Assembly (NCBI GenBank): GCA_937625935.1
Contig: OW569355.1
Span: 124,001-188,000, forward strand
DNA: 64,000 nucleotides
Direction: 5' to 3'
Source: Tetramitus jugosus
Lineage: Eukaryota; Protista; Heterolobosea
The stretch's first letter is position 1. Each line of letters begins with the position of its first letter. A program made the position numbers and the translations under genes. Below the pieces are notes generated by a model. That model was not told the DNA's origin. It worked only from the letters and a program-made list of their open reading frames with translations, and searched no databases. Below, piece after piece: positions 57,548 to 64,000 of this stretch.

Positions 57548-59263
57548 ATGGTATACTACCTGAATGACGTGACAAAGGACGGACAATTGGTTGTTCGGCA
57601 ACTGACTAGAAATGAGACACTGTCGAGTATTGCAGTTGGTTTGGGACACACCAATGTCACTCTCCAAGTGCCTCCACCACTTGGTAATGACAGTAATGGC
57701 TCAAGTTCAATGAACATGGAACAATGGATTGTAGCAGAAGAAGAACAAGTGATCCATACAGAGTACTTTGATTTGAGAGTCAAGTCAACGTACAAGACTG
57801 ATTTGTACTATGAGAGAAAAATGCAGTTTTACACACTGGATTTCTCTCGAGTACGACTGTCAAACTCCAGTTTTCAATTTGTGCAATTGAATACAAACAG
57901 CACAAATCAATATGTAGTGTTGCCCAATACGAGAGTGTGTGAGGATTTCACTGAAATTCAAACAACAAACTATTACTTTCAGATAGCATTCTCAGTCTCT
58001 ACCATTATCGTTGCAGGCATTCATGTATTGCACGGCATATGGTTGTTTATCGCTCAGATTGTACTTTGCAAGCACTCACTAGTAAAAAGTCGTTTGCTGT
58101 CTGAGATTCCTAGTGGATTGGCTGTGAATGCATCTGATGTGGTTGTATTGATTCTGTTCAGTGTGGACGTGTTCTGGATATACAAGTATGGAGTCAGAAG
58201 CAGTTCACTACTGATTATTAGTGGATACGTTAGGTCGTGGCTCATCTATGTTGCCTGTGTGTCCTATGTGTTGAATTGCCTCCGATACCTGCTGCTGTTA
58301 AACTTTTATAGATTGGTGAGGCAAGGAAACACAGTGTCAAAGTACCACAAGATTTTGACCTCCAAACTAATGTTCATTGTGCTACTCGTGATGTTTGCAT
58401 CGATCATGTTGGTCATTTGTGTCATCACGTTAAGTGTCATTGGAATCAAGGCTTTGAAAGTACAAACCTATTTAGTCACTGTTCTTGCCATTGTGTCCTG
58501 TGTGGGCGCTATTGCCTCAGGACTCATCTCTATCGTTTTCGAAATCATGGTGAATTTTAAGTCCATCAAAAAGTATGGATTGATTTCATATTTTAGGAGA
58601 GACCCACTGTACATTAGATTACAAATGCTAGGTATCGTATTTCTGATTGTAGTGGGTATTGCTTATGGAGGTCTGTTCGGCTTCTTACAACCAAACTATC
58701 GCAGTATTCGTCTAACATATGGAAGAGTGTTTGGTTATGTGATCGTATACTTGTTGTTTGGATTGATTCTCAGAATTATCATGGCTGGTGCATTCATATG
58801 GCCATTGCAACTGGTTCAACTGTTCTCTGGGGATCAGAAACAGTATGAGTTCAAATTCGAAGAACTAATGTCTGATCCAGAGTGCTATGATCTCATGTAT
58901 GAGTATTGCAGTCGAGAGTTTTCTCTGGAGAACCTACTGTTCTGGAAGTACGCACAAGATCTCAAAGGTCTACCCATTGACCACCAAACGGTGGTCAAAA
59001 TAGCAGACAAGTACATGAAACCATTAAGTCCATTGCAAATCAATTTGCCAAGTAAGACGGTAAGAAACTTTTTGCAATTGATTACAGATATGGAAGCAAA
59101 CCAGAGAACAGAGATTGAGTTTGACTTAATGTACAACGTCGTTCGTTCAGATCTGTTGATGAATTTGGATGATACTCTGAAACGATTTTACTCAACTACA
59201 GCTTTCCAGGAGTGGGAACACAAACATGCAACTTCTAAGCAATTGATTGAAACTGTGTTTTAA
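57548..59263 (+). CDS. Multi-pass (about 7TM) membrane protein with C-terminal RGS domain
   Basis: About 7 hydrophobic segments, DPLYIR, YCSREFSLENLLFW, SPLQINLP, NLDDTLKRF. Start may be 57422 or 57548. Confidence 0.88.
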   Translation: MVYYLNDVTKDGQLVVRQLTRNETLSSIAVGLGHTNVTLQVPPPLGNDSNGSSSMNMEQWIVAEEEQVIHTEYFDLRVKSTYKTDLYYERKMQFYTLDFSRVRLSNSSFQFVQLNTNSTNQYVVLPNTRVCEDFTEIQTTNYYFQIAFSVSTIIVAGIHVLHGIWLFIAQIVLCKHSLVKSRLLSEIPSGLAVNASDVVVLILFSVDVFWIYKYGVRSSSLLIISGYVRSWLIYVACVSYVLNCLRYLLLLNFYRLVRQGNTVSKYHKILTSKLMFIVLLVMFASIMLVICVITLSVIGIKALKVQTYLVTVLAIVSCVGAIASGLISIVFEIMVNFKSIKKYGLISYFRRDPLYIRLQMLGIVFLIVVGIAYGGLFGFLQPNYRSIRLTYGRVFGYVIVYLLFGLILRIIMAGAFIWPLQLVQLFSGDQKQYEFKFEELMSDPECYDLMYEYCSREFSLENLLFWKYAQDLKGLPIDHQTVVKIADKYMKPLSPLQINLPSKTVRNFLQLITDMEANQRTEIEFDLMYNVVRSDLLMNLDDTLKRFYSTTAFQEWEHKHATSKQLIETVF

Positions 59264-59374
59264 GGATGTAGTTCGTTGGACCTCAACGTATAAATAGAAC
59301 TCTACCTATAAATTTTCCAGACTGCCCAAAAAAACAGGTGCACGACACCGAATCACAAACACAAGCTTACGATC

Positions 59375-59545
59375 ATGGTTGCCACATCTCATCAATGGTT
59401 CTGTTCCGGCTGTGGTTCCGTCTCAGCCAAGAGTATTATAATGAATACTGCCTCATGGTTCTGCCCAGGATGCGGTCAAGTACTGGTTGATTCAACAAGC
59501 AATCAAAACAGGCACAAAAAATTTCCTTTGCAATTTGCACGGTAA
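59375..59545 (+). CDS. Small zinc-ribbon ORF (56 aa, two WFCxGCG knuckles), possibly a 5' gene fragment
   Basis: MVATSHQWFCSGCGSVSAKSIIMNTASWFCPGCGQVLVDS...FAR*; below the ORF-track size cutoff. Confidence 0.5.
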   Translation: MVATSHQWFCSGCGSVSAKSIIMNTASWFCPGCGQVLVDSTSNQNRHKKFPLQFAR

Positions 59546-59812
59546 GCCTGACTTGCAAACGGCCAAACAGTGTGAGTACAAATTGTCCATATAAGACCTT
59601 ATTGTTGATAGATTATTGACTATCGAAGATCGAAAATCCCGACACGTCAATACCAAATTCAACACATCTTCTACACCAAGGAACGAACCAACTAGATACA
59701 CAAATAAATCAATATGTATATCGGTTATTCTTACTTTTCTTTTGACTCCAAACTTTACCAATTGTTGGTGTTGGTTATGTCTTCTTTTGGCGCCTTTTCC
59801 TTGTTTTCCCAT
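59492..59812 (-). pseudogene. F-box-like N-terminal gene stub
   Basis: ITDIHIDLFVYLVGSFLGVEDVLNLVLTCRDF fits the F-box pattern; the ORF ends with no substrate-binding domain. Confidence 0.55.
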
Positions 59813-59963
59813 TTGTTCATTGATTTTTTTCATCAAAAAAAACTTGCAAAAAACAGAAAACAAACACTCTGAAGGACATCGTGAATGCGAGTGACCTGAT
59901 GAGTGTGAGTTTTCTGACGTTTGTCAAATTCTGTCCTATTGATACCATTAGAGAGGTGTTGAA

Positions 59964-60599
59964 TTGTCCGATAACTTGAGTATTCAGATCTCATTGATGA
60001 CACTTGCTCTTCAAACATATCCTGATAACACTGACTATGTCAACAAGATTATTAATAACATTGCTAGTCAATTGAATAGCACTGCACTTGCTTCAGATGA
60101 AATTGTAGAGATGTTGAAGCGATTGTTGTTGGTGCCACTCGAGTCATACAACAATGTGCTAACAGTTTTGAAGTTGGAGAAGTATGGTGATATTATTCAT
60201 TCTCTTGGATATGAACAGAGAAAGTTTATTGCACTGAGCATTGTGAGATGCGCACTTGACAATGGACACAAGATTTCAACATTTGAACAAGTGAACAAAC
60301 TGTTTGATTTGATTCGTCCACTGTTGAAGGATGAGGAAGACCAAACAACATTCTCACCTTCTGACGACTCACCAATAGCTGCAACATTGCTCGAAGATTT
60401 CGAAGAAGAACAGAACTTGATTGCCAGATTGGTTCATTTGTTTGATAATAGCGATACTGATCAATTGTTTAAAGTTTTGGCCGCAGCCAGAAAGCACTTT
60501 GGTCAGGGTGGTGTCAAGAGAATTCAATACACATTGGTACCGCTTGTATTCTCCTACTTGAAACTTGCTCAGAGAATCTACAATGCACACTGCAAATAG
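59964..60599 (+). pseudogene. VPS35: Internal fragment of retromer subunit VPS35
   Basis: LALQTYPDNTDYVNKI, LLVPLESY, DFEEEQNLIARLVHL, ARKHFGQGGVKRIQYTLVPLVF; lacks the N- and C-terminal portions. Confidence 0.85.
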
Positions 60600-60958
60600 A
60601 CACCTCTTGTCGACTCTCCATCTTTTTTGATTGATTTGGTTGTTGTTGTTGTTGTTGTTGATGTTCGTTGTGCGACTTGTGTTTTTCGTTGTTGTTGTTG
60701 TCGTGTCAGAGAGAAAGTTTTTCGTTGTCTTTCGTTTGGTTCAAGATTGGATAGATAGGTGGATATATTATAAAAAAATACAATAAATGTTGTATCAGTT
60801 TCCTCTAAGCTGCGGAATTGGTGCAGTTGTAAAAATTTCCGTTGAGACTGTCTTTACAACGACAACGGCCATCTACCTCGGTTTAAAAAGCGCTGTCTTT
60901 TTCGCTGTTTGATTCAACTCACACAACAAATACACCACACAACAAATACAAAAACATT

Positions 60959-61975
60959 ATGCCACGAGGCGTGCCTAAGGACGGCAAGAGAAAGAGAAAG
61001 AGAGAGACTGTCAAAAAGAATGAATACTCATCACATTACGTGGTCAAGGTCGGTCTGAAGTCTCTGTTGTTGCATCATCCAACTCTGTTACCAATCATAC
61101 AGACTCAAGCTCTGGAGATTACAAGGATTGCTCTTCGACTCACAAGATTTATAAACATATTCGTTTTGAGGCACTTGGAGTCTGACTATCAAATCCCTTT
61201 ATTAGATCAAGTGTTTCTTCAAAGATTAGGTTCTGTGTTGTTTGGACGCAATTCAAAACCAAGAGACAATAACTTAAGTCTCATCAACGAGTCTGTCAAC
61301 ATGGACGATGTAGTAGTCAAACTCAGAAAGATTTATCAGAGTTTTGCCACGTCCATCAATTATGTTGCCAGGTCTCTCAATGTCAACATCTCCAACATGC
61401 TCAAGTTCACATTGGAACCAAGACTGAGGAAGTATCTGAGGGTCAGAATGAATCAACTACACAGTGACTCATCTATTCCAAAGTCAGAACAAAGAAGGGT
61501 TGTTGAATACATTATCAGAAGGTTGACATTTAGCACTCCTGTCCACGATTTTATCAAATTGCCTCCAAAAGAGTTGATAGAGACGATTCCTGTGTTGATC
61601 CGAGAGGTTCGAACACTTGTTGATGCTAAAACTGATGAAGTAATTGATGAATCATTTGTGAAGAACAACACCAATAACATGCTGAAGTTTTACTGGCATG
61701 TTCAACAATTTCTGATCAACAATGATATGAAATCGTTTGCACTACTTCCTTTGTCTCATTTCAAGTGCAGGTGTATGGAGATTGGCACAAAGGAATTAGT
61801 TGATATGCTTAAACAGAAGAAACAAGGAAGACAAAAGAAGGGCGAGGAGTCAACTGAATTGAAGTGTAATCTCATATCATATCCAGGAGGTTGCCGATAT
61901 ACGTCTTCCTTGGAAACCACGAAAGGGAACAAATTCAATCGAAAACGGTACGGGATAATATTGGCATCCAAATAG
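60959..61975 (+). mobile_element. Fanzor1-like (TnpB/Cas12-related) protein, truncated before the RuvC domain
   Basis: VVKVGLKSLL...LLPII...ITRIALRLTRFINIFVLRHLE...IPLLDQVF; NISNMLKFTLEPRLRKYLR; KSFALLPLSHFKCRCMEIGTKELVDML match the Fanzor1 N-terminal pattern. No TDG or GxDPG downstream in any frame. Confidence 0.72.
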
Positions 61976-62088
61976 CCACACAAAAATTGTTGTTCAAATT
62001 CTCCAGCACCCACAATAGGAACCACAGAGAGCCACCAAGAGAGAGAGAACACAGAATCACAAACACAACACGAGTAATCAAGGCAACA

Positions 62089-62268
62089 ATGGTCAAACAA
62101 TTGATTACTCGTGTTCAACATCCAAGTCACCTGACCCAAGGTTCTCGACTCATCAAGCACTATGTACTGAGTGCATTGTTATCCTTTCTACTACTCTTTC
62201 TGGCTCACTACTTGTGGACACTGATTGTTGTTCGGGTGCTACAACTGAGACAGCAACTACAACAATAA
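62089..62268 (+). CDS. Small single-TM ORF (59 aa) or 5' gene stub
   Basis: MVKQLITR...VLSALLSFLLLFLAHYLWTLIVV...; preceded by a CA-rich leader like those of real genes here. Confidence 0.3.
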   Translation: MVKQLITRVQHPSHLTQGSRLIKHYVLSALLSFLLLFLAHYLWTLIVVRVLQLRQQLQQ

Positions 62269-62378
62269 TAAATTGCAATGAGAGGGGAAACTCTGTCGTC
62301 TCTGTCCTTCACTTTTGATCTATTTACAATTTTTGTTTTATTGATTCATTGCTTAACAACAATCATCAATCAGATCTG

Positions 62379-63701
62379 TTAAAAGTAATCCACTTTGAGA
62401 TCACTGTTTGTTGCCAATAGTTTCTTAATTGTGAGCTTACTCTGACCATCCAAGTCATTCTCACCCAGATTAATCAATTGCAAGTGTGGTAATTGACACG
62501 ATCTCATCAGTATCAACTCTTGAACAATGTACACCGCAGTTTCACCTTGTATACGATTGCACCACAAGTCCAAAACTTGCAATTGACTCAAGTGCTGTAC
62601 ACTGGATGTGATGAGAGATGCAATGGGGAATGTAATGTGATGACCCGACAGTGTCAAATGAGTCAACTGTTGACTGTTGAGCAGAATGGGTGATATGCAC
62701 TGTGACCATGCATCAGAATCAATAAAGTGATGATCCTTGTCATCATCCACCAACCATAGACTACTACTACTACTACTACTGTTGTTGTTGTTATTATTAT
62801 TATTGTTGTTATTATTGTTATTATTATTATTGTAATTGTTACTTGTTGTTGCGACTCGATGACCAATGCCTCTCATGGTTAAGCGTGTCATGATTCGATT
62901 GCCAACAAATGATTGAAAGAATATGTGACATCCAATGTTGCCATTCAATTGAACACTGATATTTCGATATTGATTCTCTTCCAACAATTGTTGTTGCTGT
63001 TGCTGTGATGATGATAATGTACTATGAGTAAAAGTACGATTAGTAGTAGTAGTGGTAATGATTTGAACTTGACATGCATCTCTCAATTCATTCAACAATT
63101 GAACCAATGGTTTATTCCAATTGTATTGAATGAGATGTGAGTACTTGTTGTTGGTATCAAATGTGTATGATGATGAACATGAGGATGATATGGTTGATGA
63201 TGATGGTGGTGACAGAGGAGAATTCTTTTGTTGTCCATTGCCAACAAATTGTGGGTGTTGTTGTTGTTGTTGTGGATGGTGAGAAGAATATGGTGGTGGT
63301 GGTGGAGGTTGTGGTTGTTGATGTTGGAGATTGGATTTATCATATTGATTGTAACTTGTTGTTTGTTGTTGTAGTTGCTGAGAGGGCAGTGCTGATTGAT
63401 GATGATGATAATAATTAGATGGAGAATTGGATAATTGTTGTGATGATGACGACGATGAGGATAACATGATTGGATAATACACTTGTGGCTCTTGTTGTTG
63501 TTGACAATAATAATTGTTCACATTCGATGATGATGATGATGACTGTGCCATGAGTGGAGGAGCACTGGCATCAATGTCATCCAATCGATTGAATGATGAA
63601 GAAGAACTGTTGTTGTTATCATTATTGTTGTTGTTGTTGTTGCTTGGAGAGAGTAATCTTCTCTTGGAACCCAATTTCTTACCCAGACCAAACAATGTCA
63701 T
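62379..63701 (-). CDS. RNI-like LRR protein with low-complexity N-terminus
   Basis: LTHLTLSGHHI, LQVLDLWCNRI, LQLINLGENDL; poly-N/S/Q tracts. Confidence 0.8.
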   Translation of the reverse strand: MTLFGLGKKLGSKRRLLSPSNNNNNNNDNNNSSSSSFNRLDDIDASAPPLMAQSSSSSSNVNNYYCQQQQEPQVYYPIMLSSSSSSSQQLSNSPSNYYHHHQSALPSQQLQQQTTSYNQYDKSNLQHQQPQPPPPPPYSSHHPQQQQQHPQFVGNGQQKNSPLSPPSSSTISSSCSSSYTFDTNNKYSHLIQYNWNKPLVQLLNELRDACQVQIITTTTTNRTFTHSTLSSSQQQQQQLLEENQYRNISVQLNGNIGCHIFFQSFVGNRIMTRLTMRGIGHRVATTSNNYNNNNNNNNNNNNNNNNNSSSSSSSLWLVDDDKDHHFIDSDAWSQCISPILLNSQQLTHLTLSGHHITFPIASLITSSVQHLSQLQVLDLWCNRIQGETAVYIVQELILMRSCQLPHLQLINLGENDLDGQSKLTIKKLLATNSDLKVDYF

Positions 63702-64000
63702 GATCTTCTCTCGAGAGACTGCTCGTACTCGCTCTAATGGAGTGTGTTTTGATGTCTTTTTTGTTGTTGTTGTTGCTTGGGTGTTTTTTGGTTGTCGGAG
63801 CTAGTCCAATTTGATGCTTCCATCAAGACCTGAGGGGGACATTGCGTGTGTTGTCTGGCGGCTCTCCCAAACATTTCAGAAAGAAACACACAAACTGACA
63901 AAAAGCTTGGATCCATCAGACATTCAGACATTCATGATAATAGTCATCATCGTCCCATATTATCAATAATAAATATATTTGCATCACAGACATTGTCAAA

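Noticed and set aside
59896-59920. CTGATGA...CTGA resembling a hammerhead core or C/D box snoRNA
   Set aside because: No downstream GAAA with supporting stems; C-to-D spacing is too short.
61975-62300. Possible Fanzor omegaRNA or right end downstream of the ORF
   Set aside because: The sequence resembles a host promoter, leader and small ORF; the 3' part of the element appears deleted and no convincing structure is visible.
62760-62835. Tandem trinucleotide arrays (AAT/CAA/AGT) here and elsewhere
   Set aside because: Coding homopolymer tracts; no repeat-spacer (CRISPR-like) structure.

Overview
Gene-dense, AT-rich eukaryotic (protist) genomic DNA with short GT-AG introns (mostly about 60-150 nt), very short intergenic spacers and poly-N/Q/S/T tracts. 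Gene content (axonemal dynein IC2, Cache-HAMP class III cyclase, multi-TM RGS protein) suggests a flagellate or amoeboflagellate, possibly a heterolobosean (inference). Most of the window is housekeeping genes: ACY1, PRP4, DDI1, XAP5, TBCC, eIF1, WNK, SKP1, USB1, Fused/STK36, DNAI2, ELP6, RPT6, MMAB. The most notable element is a Fanzor1-like ORF (60959-61975; eukaryotic TnpB/Cas12-related RNA-guided nuclease family) truncated before its RuvC domain. It lies in a ~3 kb mosaic of gene fragments (59300-62300) that includes an internal VPS35 piece, an F-box stub and a tiny zinc-ribbon ORF. Other highlights are a probably domesticated MULE transposase, a PIP5K-TPR fusion, a degenerate PARP6/8-like gene, a structured element in an unusually long intron of an LRR gene with RxSxDF repeats, and an orphan synonymous-diverged echo of the SKP1 3' end. 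All family assignments come from motif recognition by eye; no database searches were run.
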